Notes under the pieces: generated by a model | The model's input: the letters and a program-made list of their open reading frames with translations, nothing else | The model's database searches: none | Told to the model about the DNA's origin: nothing | Shown: positions 25,294-33,618 of the stretch, one piece after another | How the letters are laid out: each line of letters starts with the position of its first letter | Numbering within the stretch: position 1 is the first letter of the stretch | From: an uncultured Desulfovibrionaceae bacterium | GTDB taxonomy: Bacteria > Desulfobacterota > Desulfovibrionia > Desulfovibrionales > Desulfovibrionaceae | DNA: 44,744 bases | Direction: 5' to 3' | Assembly: GCA_964545305.1 (NCBI GenBank) | Contig: CAZJFJ010000003.1 | Coordinates: 1-44,744, forward strand | Position numbers and translations under genes: made by a program

Positions 25294-26734
25294 TGTCGCA
25301 AGTTTCCGATGCGGTGATTTCCAGCATTTTCAGCTTTCGGGACAAATGGCTGCGCTCAATGCCTATTAGCTCGGCCAGGCGGCTGATGTTGCCGTTGCAT
25401 TCCGCAAGTTTCGTTTTGAGGTAGAACCGTTCAAATTCTTGTCTGGCAGCGCGCAAATCGTTTATGGCCAGGGCTGGAGACACGGGGCTGCAGGCAGGGG
25501 TGCAAACGGAGTTTCCGACGGCCGGCCCTGAAAATTTTTTTGGGGCTGCGGCAACGCCCGCCTGCATTTCAGCAGGCAGGTGCCCCAGCCTGAGTTCCTT
25601 GCCGCTGTGCAGAATGAGCATGCGCTCGATAAAGTTGCGCAATTCCCGCACATTGCCCGGCCAGGAGTAGTTCAGGATGGCGTCTCTGGCTTCTTCTCCC
25701 AGGGTCAGGGGCCTGAAGCCGTGCCTTGTGATTAGCGTGTCTTCGAACAACGCCGCAAGCAGGAGGATGTCATTCCCCCTTTCTTTCAGCGGAGGGAGCG
25801 CCAGCGGAAATACATTCAGGCGGTAATACAGGTCTTCCCTGAATCTTCCGGCAGAGATTTCTTCCTCCATATTTTTGTTGGTGGCGGCGATTACCCGCAC
25901 GTCAACCCGGATGGTCTGCGAACCGCCTACCCGCTCAAATTCCTTTTCCTGAAGTATCCGCAGGATTTTGGCCTGGGTTTTCAGGCTCATGTCGCCTATT
26001 TCGTCAAGAAACAGCGTTCCTTGGTGGGCGAGCTCAAACTTGCCCGGCCTGGCAGCCTCCGCCCCGGTGAATGCCCCCCTCTCATGCCCGAACAGCTCGC
26101 TCTCAATAAGTTCTTCGGGAATGGCGGCGCAGTTGACTGCTACAAAAGGCCCTTTTTGACGTTCACTTTTCAGGTAAACCGAGCGTGCCGCTATTTCCTT
26201 GCCCGTGCCGTTTTCACCGGTAATCAGCACCCAGGCGTCTGTTGGGGCGACCCTGGCAATTTGCTCCTTAACCGCCATAATGGCAGGGGAAACTCCGTCA
26301 AGCTCCAGAGGGGAATCCTCCTGGCCTGTGCGTAGCGCTTCATTTTCACGCTTGAGCAGAATGAATTCCAGCGTCCGGTTTACGGCCAGCACTATTTTTT
26401 CCAGAGAAAGGGGTTTTTCAATGAAATCGTGCGCCCCGGCTTTAATGGCTGACACCGCAGTTTCAATGTTGCCGTGCCCGGAAATCATAATTACCGGAAG
26501 CTGGGGGTGTCTTTCCTTGATTTTGGAAAGAGCGTCCATGCCATCCATGCCGGGAAGCCAGATATCCAGAAAAATCAGGTCGGGCAATTCCCTTCCGATC
26601 AGTTCCAGCGCCTCCTCGGCGCTTTCACAGTCGAGCACGATATGACCCTCATCCTCTTCCAGGATGCCTCGAAGAGAGAGGCGGATTCCCGCCTCATCGT
26701 CCACAATGAGTATGCGCGCTTTGGGGCTGGGCAT
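25286..26734 (-). CDS. Sigma-54-dependent response regulator (NtrC family: REC + AAA+ + Fis-type HTH)
   Basis: Receiver domain ILIVDDE...[14 protein letters not shown]. Walker [15 protein letters not shown] loop (ERGAFTGA). C-terminal [25 protein letters not shown]. Confidence 0.92.
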   Translation of the reverse strand: MPSPKARILIVDDEAGIRLSLRGILEEDEGHIVLDCESAEEALELIGRELPDLIFLDIWLPGMDGMDALSKIKERHPQLPVIMISGHGNIETAVSAIKAGAHDFIEKPLSLEKIVLAVNRTLEFILLKRENEALRTGQEDSPLELDGVSPAIMAVKEQIARVAPTDAWVLITGENGTGKEIAARSVYLKSERQKGPFVAVNCAAIPEELIESELFGHERGAFTGAEAARPGKFELAHQGTLFLDEIGDMSLKTQAKILRILQEKEFERVGGSQTIRVDVRVIAATNKNMEEEISAGRFREDLYYRLNVFPLALPPLKERGNDILLLAALFEDTLITRHGFRPLTLGEEARDAILNYSWPGNVRELRNFIERMLILHSGKELRLGHLPAEMQAGVAAAPKKFSGPAVGNSVCTPACSPVSPALAINDLRAARQEFERFYLKTKLAECNGNISRLAELIGIERSHLSRKLKMLEITASETCDND

Positions 26735-26762
26735 GTTGCTTGTTCCATTGCCTGCCTTCAGG

Positions 26763-27008
26763 CTAGGGATGGTTGGGGCTGTAAAGCTGTCTGAGGATTA
26801 TGACCCCGTCTTCTTCGGGGCGGGAGTGAATGTCCAGCTCTTTGCTGCCGCCAAAACATTGAAAGTTGTTGTTTTCAAGCTTAATGTAGCCGGCTGCGGT
26901 TATCTTGGCGTAGGGGAGCTGCTCCCGCATATCGGCGTGATCCACCCGGTCGGGGAACAGAAATGCGACCTGTTGCCCGCCAAAATCTTCACAGATAAGA
27001 TATTTCAT
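26763..27008 (-). CDS. Small hypothetical protein (81 aa) heading the regulator-larE operon
   Basis: The ORF has RBS GAGGAA about 8 nt upstream. It lies 28 nt upstream of the response regulator on the same strand. No family was recognised. Confidence 0.45.
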   Translation of the reverse strand: MKYLICEDFGGQQVAFLFPDRVDHADMREQLPYAKITAAGYIKLENNNFQCFGGSKELDIHSRPEEDGVIILRQLYSPNHP

Positions 27009-27074
27009 TATTGTTCCTCACATTAAGACTGTGTATGAAATGCTGGTTTGAATATAAGCCAGGCCTTCTGTTAG

Positions 27075-27090
27075 GGCAAGGGCAAAGCCT
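27075..27090 (-). promoter_or_regulatory. Weak sigma-54-like motif upstream of the small ORF/regulator/larE operon
   Basis: The minus strand reads AGGCTttgcccTTGCC with correct GG/GC spacing. Only 7 of about 10 conserved positions match. Confidence 0.3.
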
Positions 27091-27107
27091 TGATAATTCT
27101 TTCAAGC

Positions 27108-27132
27108 AAAAAAGGAGCCGGTTTCCGGCTCC
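27108..27132 (-). terminator. Rho-independent terminator after the DUF47 gene
   Basis: The minus strand reads GGAGCCGG-AAA-CCGGCTCC followed by TTTTTT, 9 nt downstream of the stop. Confidence 0.8.
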
Positions 27133-27140
27133 TTCTGGTT

Positions 27141-27815
27141 TTATTTGGCGATCATGGACCGCAGCAGATCAATGCAGTTTTCGGTATTGTGGCTCATGGA
27201 CTTGAGGCGTTCCACAAAGTGAATAAGCTGGTAGATGTCTTTGAAATTCATGTCGGTATTATAAATTTCCGCAGTTAGAACATGGCAGCGCCGGGTAATG
27301 TGAGCATGCTGCTGGCGCACGTCCCTGTACATGGATTTGGTTTGCTCCCGGTCGATTTCATCCCCGTTAATAAGGTCTACCGTACTCCGGAGGGCCGGTT
27401 CGAGCAGTGTGACGATTTTGGTTACTTCCAATATCAGGTCCAAAAGTTCTTTCTTGAAGTATTCAGGGGTGTCCACCCTGCGCATGGAAAGCCAGTCGAG
27501 ACACTCCTGCCCTGCATCAAGAATGTTGTCCTGTTTGGACAGATAGGACAAAAACAGGGGCTTGTCCACGGCCATGAACAGACCGCGCGGCAAATGGTTG
27601 CGCATGTTGCGCTTGATTGAGTCGGCATGCTCTTCCGCCTGGCAAAGTATGTCCTGAATTTCGTTAAAATGCAGCCCTGTGCCTTCTTTAAGATAAACAG
27701 TGAGCGCTTGTTCCAGAAGCATTGTTCCTTTGGCGATCAGCTCATAATGCTCTACAAGCCCCTCTATCGGGGAATTTACCGATAAAATTCCAAAAAAAGG
27801 AAAACGCGGACCCAT
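27141..27815 (-). CDS. DUF47/TIGR00153 PhoU-like protein (PiT-associated phosphate transport regulator)
   Basis: 224-aa helical protein immediately downstream of a PiT transporter, which is the classic DUF47-PiT pairing. RBS AAGGAGG. Confidence 0.75.
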   Translation of the reverse strand: MGPRFPFFGILSVNSPIEGLVEHYELIAKGTMLLEQALTVYLKEGTGLHFNEIQDILCQAEEHADSIKRNMRNHLPRGLFMAVDKPLFLSYLSKQDNILDAGQECLDWLSMRRVDTPEYFKKELLDLILEVTKIVTLLEPALRSTVDLINGDEIDREQTKSMYRDVRQQHAHITRRCHVLTAEIYNTDMNFKDIYQLIHFVERLKSMSHNTENCIDLLRSMIAK

Positions 27816-27837
27816 GGGGCCTCCTTAAGCTTTATGA

Positions 27838-29085
27838 TTATCCTGTTGGGAATATCGTATGGCGTAATATTTCATATATTACTATACAGGTTATTGCTGC
27901 AATCGGCAATGTCAGCACCCAGTATATCGCTATTTTATATAAAACACGAAAGTCCACCGCACTGAACCCGCGCGCCACGCCCACTCCTACAATCGCCCCC
28001 ACGGCCGCATGCGTGGTTGAAATGGGCATGCCCAGGTTTGAGGCCAGCAAAACGGTTGTGGCCGCGCCAAAGGCAACGGCGAAGCCCCTGGTGTTGGTAA
28101 GTTTGGTGATGCGTTTGCCCATGGTGTGCATAACTTTGTGGCCCAGGCAAAGGGTGCCCAGGGCGATGCCCACTCCCCCCAGCGCAAGAATCCATAGCGG
28201 AACTCCGCCGTTTCCTGTTAAATCCCCTTTGCTGATATTGTAAATTGCCGCAACCGGGCCGATGGCGTTGGACACATCGTTGGCCCCATGTGAAATAGCC
28301 AGATAGCAGGCCGTTCCAATTTGCAGGCGCCTGAAAATGTTCTCTACCGCTCTGTTGGGGCGGACGCTGTGATCAAGATTGTTTTTGATGCGTTTCCGGA
28401 AGAAAAGGGTGGAAACTACCATGATTGCCACCGTGCCCAAAATTCCAAGGGGAGCAGGGATATTCAGGCTTGCCCCATATGGTGTTTTATAAAGGAACGA
28501 CAAAACCACCAGGGCAATGGTCAGGCTCCCCCATATGGGAGCCCAGAAGATTGCGGCGCCAAGCACATCTTTTCTCACCAGCACGTAGCGCCGTATATGC
28601 ACGAAGATTATGAAGGCAAGCAGCCCTCCAAACAGCGGGGAGACAATCCATGAAAGCGCAATCTTGGCAATGTTTCCCCATTGCACCACGTCAATGCCCC
28701 CTGCAATAAGGCCGAACCCCAGCAGCCCTCCTATAAGGGAATGGGTGGTTGAAACAGGGAGCTCCGTGAGGGTTGCGATCAGAACCCAGGTCGCTGTGGA
28801 AAGAAGAGCCGCAAGCATGCCCACGGCCAGGATATTGGCCGAGGCTATTGCTTCCTGAGAAACAATGCCCTTGCAGATTGTATTGGTGACATTGGAACCC
28901 ATAAAGATTGCGCCCACGCAGTTAAGCACGGCGGCAATCAATACTGCCTGGCCGATGGTGATGGCCTTTGCGCCCACGGCCGGGGCCATGGCGTTGGCCA
29001 CATCATTTGCTCCCAGTGAAAAGGCGACCAGCAGGCCGGCAATGATCGCAGCGTAGAACAACAAGGTAATAGGATCCAATGCCAA
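27838..29085 (-). CDS. Inorganic phosphate transporter, PiT family
   Basis: Duplicated PiT signature: GANDVANAMAPAVGAKAIT (N-terminal half) and GANDVSNAIGPVAAI (C-terminal half). Polytopic. Confidence 0.92.
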   Translation of the reverse strand: MALDPITLLFYAAIIAGLLVAFSLGANDVANAMAPAVGAKAITIGQAVLIAAVLNCVGAIFMGSNVTNTICKGIVSQEAIASANILAVGMLAALLSTATWVLIATLTELPVSTTHSLIGGLLGFGLIAGGIDVVQWGNIAKIALSWIVSPLFGGLLAFIIFVHIRRYVLVRKDVLGAAIFWAPIWGSLTIALVVLSFLYKTPYGASLNIPAPLGILGTVAIMVVSTLFFRKRIKNNLDHSVRPNRAVENIFRRLQIGTACYLAISHGANDVSNAIGPVAAIYNISKGDLTGNGGVPLWILALGGVGIALGTLCLGHKVMHTMGKRITKLTNTRGFAVAFGAATTVLLASNLGMPISTTHAAVGAIVGVGVARGFSAVDFRVLYKIAIYWVLTLPIAAITCIVIYEILRHTIFPTG

Positions 29086-29172
29086 ATCAATCCTTATGCC
29101 GTGGGCAAGATTTCAAATTGTGCTCTTGTCCAAATATAATGAAAGCGCAAAGAGGGTGTTTGAAGCGGAAAA

Positions 29173-29391
29173 CTACTTCATGCGGTAGGTAATCCTTCCA
29201 CGGGTCAAGTCATAAGGTGAAAGTTCGACCGTCACCTTGTCTCCGGGCAGGATTCGGATGTAAAATTTACGCATTTTGCCTGAAATATGGGCAAGAACTT
29301 CATGTCCGTTTTCCAGTTCCACCTTGAACATGGCGTTGGGGAGTGCCTCTTGCACTATACCGTCTATTTCAATGGCATCTTCTTTGGCCAT
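29173..29391 (-). CDS. infA: Translation initiation factor IF-1
   Basis: [72 protein letters not shown] is full-length canonical IF-1. Confidence 0.97.
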   Translation of the reverse strand: MAKEDAIEIDGIVQEALPNAMFKVELENGHEVLAHISGKMRKFYIRILPGDKVTVELSPYDLTRGRITYRMK

Positions 29392-29521
29392 GCTGCCTCC
29401 TGTATATTCCCGTTTTTGCCGGAATTTTCACATTGCCCGGCCGGTAGGGGGAAATCCCGTTCCGCCAAGCTACCGTTTAATATCAGATTGCGCTGGGAGT
29501 TGAAAGGGAAAAAATGGTTTT

Positions 29522-30379
29522 TTATCGTTTTTTTCCGGGGGCGCCGGTTTTTTTTCTGGCGGCGCGGAGATTGTTCTTAATAGCGAGGTTTGGCTCTTTG
29601 GGTTTTCTGAAGAACCACCACGCGCCAACGGCGAGCATGGGCAGGCAGAGGATTTGGCCCATTGTGAGCCAGCCTAAGGCCAGATAGCCAAGCTGGCTGT
29701 CGGGAAGGCGCACGAATTCAACGGCAAACCGGAAACAGCCGTAACCGATTAAAAACAGCCCGCTTACCCTGCCGGCGGCTCTCGGCTTGGAGGAATAGGC
29801 CCAAAGGATTATGCCGAGCACAAGCCCCTCAAGGGCGGCTTCATAAAGCTGGGAAGGATGGCGGGGAAGATGGCCCGCGCCCTTGAACACAACCCCCCAA
29901 GGCAAGGAGGTGACGCTCCCCCACAATTCTCCGTTAATGAAATTGGCCAGCCTGCCGGTCATTAGCCCCAGCGGAACCAGCGGAACGATAAAGTCGCTTA
30001 CTTGCAGCAGGGTGCGCCCGGTTTTTCTGGCAAACCAGCACAGTGCCGCGGTCATGCCGACCAGCCCGCCGTGGAAGGACATGCCGCCTTCCCACAGCTT
30101 GAGCATTGCCGCAGGTTCCTTGATGTAATACGCCAGATCATAAAACAGGATGTAGCCGAACCTTGCCCCCAGCACCATCCCCACGGCGGCGTAAATAATC
30201 AGGTTGTCCACATCATCCAGGGACCATATGCTTGCCGGGTTGTTTGCGGCGGATTTTTTTGCCCGCATCCGTCCCAGAACCCATGCCCCCGCAATTCCCG
30301 CAATATAGGCCAGCCCGTACCAGCGGACTGCGAAAGAACCTATGTGAAAGGCAACGTTGTCGATATCATGAATGAACAT
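29522..30379 (-). CDS. lgt: Prolipoprotein diacylglyceryl transferase
   Basis: WYGLAYIAG, GGMSFHGGLVG, GRLANFINGELWG, RHPSQLYEA and GCFRFAVEFVR are Lgt signature blocks. Confidence 0.92.
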   Translation of the reverse strand: MFIHDIDNVAFHIGSFAVRWYGLAYIAGIAGAWVLGRMRAKKSAANNPASIWSLDDVDNLIIYAAVGMVLGARFGYILFYDLAYYIKEPAAMLKLWEGGMSFHGGLVGMTAALCWFARKTGRTLLQVSDFIVPLVPLGLMTGRLANFINGELWGSVTSLPWGVVFKGAGHLPRHPSQLYEAALEGLVLGIILWAYSSKPRAAGRVSGLFLIGYGCFRFAVEFVRLPDSQLGYLALGWLTMGQILCLPMLAVGAWWFFRKPKEPNLAIKNNLRAARKKTGAPGKKR

Positions 30380-30476
30380 CTGTTATGGAGCCTGCTTTTT
30401 AATTTTACTTTTGTGGGGAGGAGATTAATGCTTTTGCAGGAAATTATCCAGAAAAAGATGGGTGTCTGCGGGCGGG

Positions 30477-32090
30477 TCAGAATTGTTTTTTCTCTGCGGC
30501 TGCAATGCTGAGCCCCGCCTTGTTCAGCCCCTGCAAAATCAAAGCTGCGGCCTCATCACTGAGTGCCAGCGTGTGAACATACCGTAGCGGGTTTTGAGTG
30601 AAATCGGGCTGGATGTTCAGGAGCTCGTTCACAGCTTCCTTCGCTTCTTCAGTTTTGCCCAATTGCCCGAAAGCTGCGGCGCGGAGCATTGGGTCCCAGA
30701 AACATCCCGGAGTGTTCACAAGCAGGGCCTCGTTTGAAGCCAGCTCAAAATTTCCCGCCAGGTAATATTTCAGGTAGGGCACAATTCTGCCCCAGCTGGG
30801 CGAGCATGGGTTGAGCTCGCGGCAACGCTCCATAAGCGCGATGCCTTCATCAAAGTTTCCGGAAAGCCCTGTCAGCAGCCCGGTTGCCAGAATCATATAC
30901 GAATTGGCCGGGTTGAGAGGAATTACCTGGGCAATCGCCTTTTCAAACTGGGGCAGGTTGCGGCGCAGGAAGAAATTGAGGGCGAGCGCCCAGTATGCGG
31001 TTTGTGATGTTCCATCCAGGGCTATTGCGCGCAAGGCGAATTCCTGCGCCTTGTCCAGGGCGTTGGGAACGGTGTCGTAGCCAAGCTGATAGTCCGAGGC
31101 GTAAAGGTCGGCCAGAGTGGCCACAACCATCGGATTGTTCGGAGAAATGAGGATAAGTTGTTCCAGGGATTGTTTGGCGTGGAGAAACAGTTCCCGGTTG
31201 AACGTGGGCATCCAGTTGTGGTAGCTGAGCATCGTTTCATAGAACTCAAGATGTTCGTATTCCCGGCAGGACAGCTCTTGCATAAGTTTGCGGCGTATGG
31301 AGCCGAAGCTGTCTCCCACGCGGGAAACCAGGCGTTGGGCCATCTCTTCCTGAACTGCGAACAGGTTCCGGCCGCCTATCTTGGCGTCAAAACGTTCGGC
31401 CCAGATGTTGGTTCCGGTTGCCGCATCGGCCAGTTCGGCCCGCAGGCGGATGTGGTTGTTGTGAAGCTGTGCGCTGCCGTGCAGAATGAACTTTACGGCG
31501 AGTTTCTGGGCAATAACGTATAGAGGTTCGGTGCTGGGGTTGATGCAGCGGGCGGCATAGGAGCTCACGACGGACAAATCTTCAAACCGGGTGAGGGCAA
31601 GAGTCGTTTCATCGGCCAGACCTTCTATGAAATGAAGGTCGTCCGGGTTTTCGCTAAGGTTTGTGAAGGGAAGGACGGCAATGGCTATCTGGGCCAAAGC
31701 TTGTGGTTTGGGGGGGCATGGAAGCTGCGGGCTGGGTGGAGAATCCTCCAAAGCCTTTTCTATTCTACTGAAGATGGGGACATAGCCGCCTTTGGGCACG
31801 TCTATGCGCACCGGGCCGGGCTCGGGGGTTGAGAAATAATATTCCATTAGCCGGTTACGCAATTTGGCGGTTTCTGTTCTGACCACAGGATCGTGCAGGG
31901 GGTCGAAATTGGCGCCGCGTCCAAAAACAGTGGTCGCAATGGTATACGCCTTGAGCTGCCCGGCGTTGCCAGTCAGGGTTTCCTCCACAATAAAGCGGAA
32001 GAACTTCTTAAGGCGATCGGACGCGTTGAAGTTGCTGGCGTTCAGAATCAGCTCCAGCTGATTCTGAATTTCCTGGCTGGTTATCGGCAT
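30477..32090 (-). CDS. Putative regulator/sensor: wHTH-like N-terminal module + TolB-N-like (COG5616) domain + C-terminal TPRs
   Basis: The central block IAIAVLPFTNLSENPDDLHFIEGLADETTLALTRFEDLSVVS...KFILHGSAQLHNNHIRLRAELADAATGTNIWAERFD matches the remembered COG5616 consensus. The C-terminal half is TPR-like. The N-terminal 105 aa are paralogous to the ORF at 44257... The gene is divergent from the amidinotransferase gene. Confidence 0.7.
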   Translation of the reverse strand: MPITSQEIQNQLELILNASNFNASDRLKKFFRFIVEETLTGNAGQLKAYTIATTVFGRGANFDPLHDPVVRTETAKLRNRLMEYYFSTPEPGPVRIDVPKGGYVPIFSRIEKALEDSPPSPQLPCPPKPQALAQIAIAVLPFTNLSENPDDLHFIEGLADETTLALTRFEDLSVVSSYAARCINPSTEPLYVIAQKLAVKFILHGSAQLHNNHIRLRAELADAATGTNIWAERFDAKIGGRNLFAVQEEMAQRLVSRVGDSFGSIRRKLMQELSCREYEHLEFYETMLSYHNWMPTFNRELFLHAKQSLEQLILISPNNPMVVATLADLYASDYQLGYDTVPNALDKAQEFALRAIALDGTSQTAYWALALNFFLRRNLPQFEKAIAQVIPLNPANSYMILATGLLTGLSGNFDEGIALMERCRELNPCSPSWGRIVPYLKYYLAGNFELASNEALLVNTPGCFWDPMLRAAAFGQLGKTEEAKEAVNELLNIQPDFTQNPLRYVHTLALSDEAAALILQGLNKAGLSIAAAEKKQF

Positions 32091-32313
32091 TTTTTTTATT
32101 TTAGTTAACAGGATGGAATTTTTTTAAATATTAGAACTTCTTTTTGATATTTACAAGGGGCGGGAATTTAATCCTCAGCTTTTTCTTTTGTGTAGCCTAC
32201 ATATTGTTATGTCCTGTAATATTCTGTCAAAGCCTTCCCGCTTCCCTTAGCCTGCAATCATCGAAACAAACAAATACTCATTAAGCATTCATAAGATAAG
32301 GAGGTAGTGAGTA

Positions 32314-33456
32314 ATGGCTAAGATTGTTAATTCATGGAATGAATGGGATCCGCTGAAAAGAATAATTCTTGGCAGCGCATGGGGAACTCACCAGCCAAAG
32401 AGCGACATTTCCTGGGATTATGACGCTCCTACCAGGCCCGGCTGGTATGGCCGCATGCCTGAAGAAATGGAAGCCAAGGCGATTGAGCTGATGAACGGAT
32501 TCCAGAAGATTCTGGAGTCGCGCGGAGTGGTTGTTGACCGCCCGCAGCCTTTTGACAGCACCAAGAAAACCGTGACTCCCGACTGGGAATGTGAAGTCCA
32601 GCGCGGCTTCCAGCCTTGCCGCGACGTTTTCTTCTGCACCGGCAACGAAATCATGGAAGCGACCATGTCCATCCGTTCCCGCTGGTTTGAATACATTGCT
32701 TTCCGCGATATCCTTGAAAACTATTTCCACAACGACCCTGAATTCTCCTGGGTTGCCGCTCCCAAACCGCGCCTCACCGATCAAACCTTCGAGCATAACT
32801 GGTGGTTCAACTATAAGCATGTTTGGTCGAATGAAGTCAAGCGCGAACGGATGCTGAAGCGGCAGTGGCACACCACCAACAAGGAGCCTTTGTTTGACGC
32901 CGCAGACGGCATTCGTTTCGGCAAAGATATTTTCTGGAACGTTTCCGCCATTTCCAATGCTGCCGGAATAGACTGGCTGCGCCGCCACTTCAGCTCCCGC
33001 GGCCTGCGCCTGCACGAAATCCAGTTTGACGGCGATTATCACCATTGGCATATCGACGTATGCATCATGCCCCTGCGCCCCGGCCTTTGCATATACAATC
33101 CTTATTATATGTACCTCACTCCCCAGTTCGAAGAGCTTTTGAAAAAGAATGACTGGGAACTGATTCCCGCTGTTCCGCCTACCCATCAATACAATATGCG
33201 TATCGGCACCCTGAACGAGCGTGTGGGTCCCTACTGGATTTCCATGAACACCCTTTCCATCGATCCCAAGACCATGTGCATTGAAGCCCATGAAACCGGA
33301 TATCAGGAACAGATCAACAAGATGGGCATTGAAGTTATCCCGGTTGATTACGCCGAGCAGGTAGCTTTTGGCGGATCGCTGCATTGCTCCACTGTGGACG
33401 TACACCGCGAAGGCGGTTGCGAGGACTACTTCCCCAATCAGGTGGAAGGTTACTAA
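32314..33456 (+). CDS. Amidinotransferase, glycine amidinotransferase (AGAT/StrB1) family, paralog A
   Basis: RBS AAGGAGG. Blocks NSWNEWDPLK, GNEIMEATMSIRSRWFEY, FDAADGIRFGKDIF (catalytic Asp), HWHIDV (catalytic His) and GGSLHCSTVDV (catalytic Cys358, nt 33385-33387) align with remembered human AGAT blocks SYNEWDPLEE, GNEIIEAPMAWRSRFFEY, FDAADFIRAGRDIF, MHIDAT and GGGFHCWTCDV. Confidence 0.85.
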   Translation: MAKIVNSWNEWDPLKRIILGSAWGTHQPKSDISWDYDAPTRPGWYGRMPEEMEAKAIELMNGFQKILESRGVVVDRPQPFDSTKKTVTPDWECEVQRGFQPCRDVFFCTGNEIMEATMSIRSRWFEYIAFRDILENYFHNDPEFSWVAAPKPRLTDQTFEHNWWFNYKHVWSNEVKRERMLKRQWHTTNKEPLFDAADGIRFGKDIFWNVSAISNAAGIDWLRRHFSSRGLRLHEIQFDGDYHHWHIDVCIMPLRPGLCIYNPYYMYLTPQFEELLKKNDWELIPAVPPTHQYNMRIGTLNERVGPYWISMNTLSIDPKTMCIEAHETGYQEQINKMGIEVIPVDYAEQVAFGGSLHCSTVDVHREGGCEDYFPNQVEGY

Positions 33457-33492
33457 TTAGTTTAATACCGGAAAGCCTCCCCGGTTTAACTT

Positions 33493-33530
33493 GTCACCGG
33501 AGTGCCTTGCAACGGGCGCACTCCGGTGAC
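33493..33530 (+). other. 13-bp perfect-stem hairpin between the amidinotransferase and symporter genes
   Basis: GTCACCGGAGTGC (33493-33505), a 12-nt loop, then GCACTCCGGTGAC (33518-33530). No T-run follows. Confidence 0.6.
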
Positions 33531-33618
33531 ACACGGACAGGCGGGGATGGACGGTGCTACGGCGGCTGCCCGGTGGTTAGGGGTTTGTCGGGTGATGCCA
33601 AGGAGGCAATGCAGTAAT

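Noticed and set aside
30435-30450. Sigma-54-like motifs TGGATaatttccTGCA (minus strand, upstream of lgt) and CGGGAgcaagcTTGCA (1129..1144, plus strand, upstream of the epimerase)
   Set aside because: Only about 7 conserved positions match, so roughly one such hit is expected by chance in the intergenic DNA of this window. A housekeeping gene like lgt is also an unlikely sigma-54 target.
32332-33405. 357-aa minus-strand ORF; likewise 41210..42307 (+, 365 aa) opposite paralog B
   Set aside because: Both are antisense shadows of the two amidinotransferase genes. The sense frames carry the catalytic triad blocks, while the antisense products are not similar to any family I recognise.
33457-33618. 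Possible guanidine riboswitch (I, II or III) between amidinotransferase A and symporter A
   Set aside because: The idea was tempting because of the guanidino chemistry. However, I could not find paired ACGR-loop hairpins (guanidine-II), the CCGGACG...CCCGG...GAC.AGACGG pattern (guanidine-III), or ykkC-like blocks. Only a generic hairpin is present, and I report it separately.
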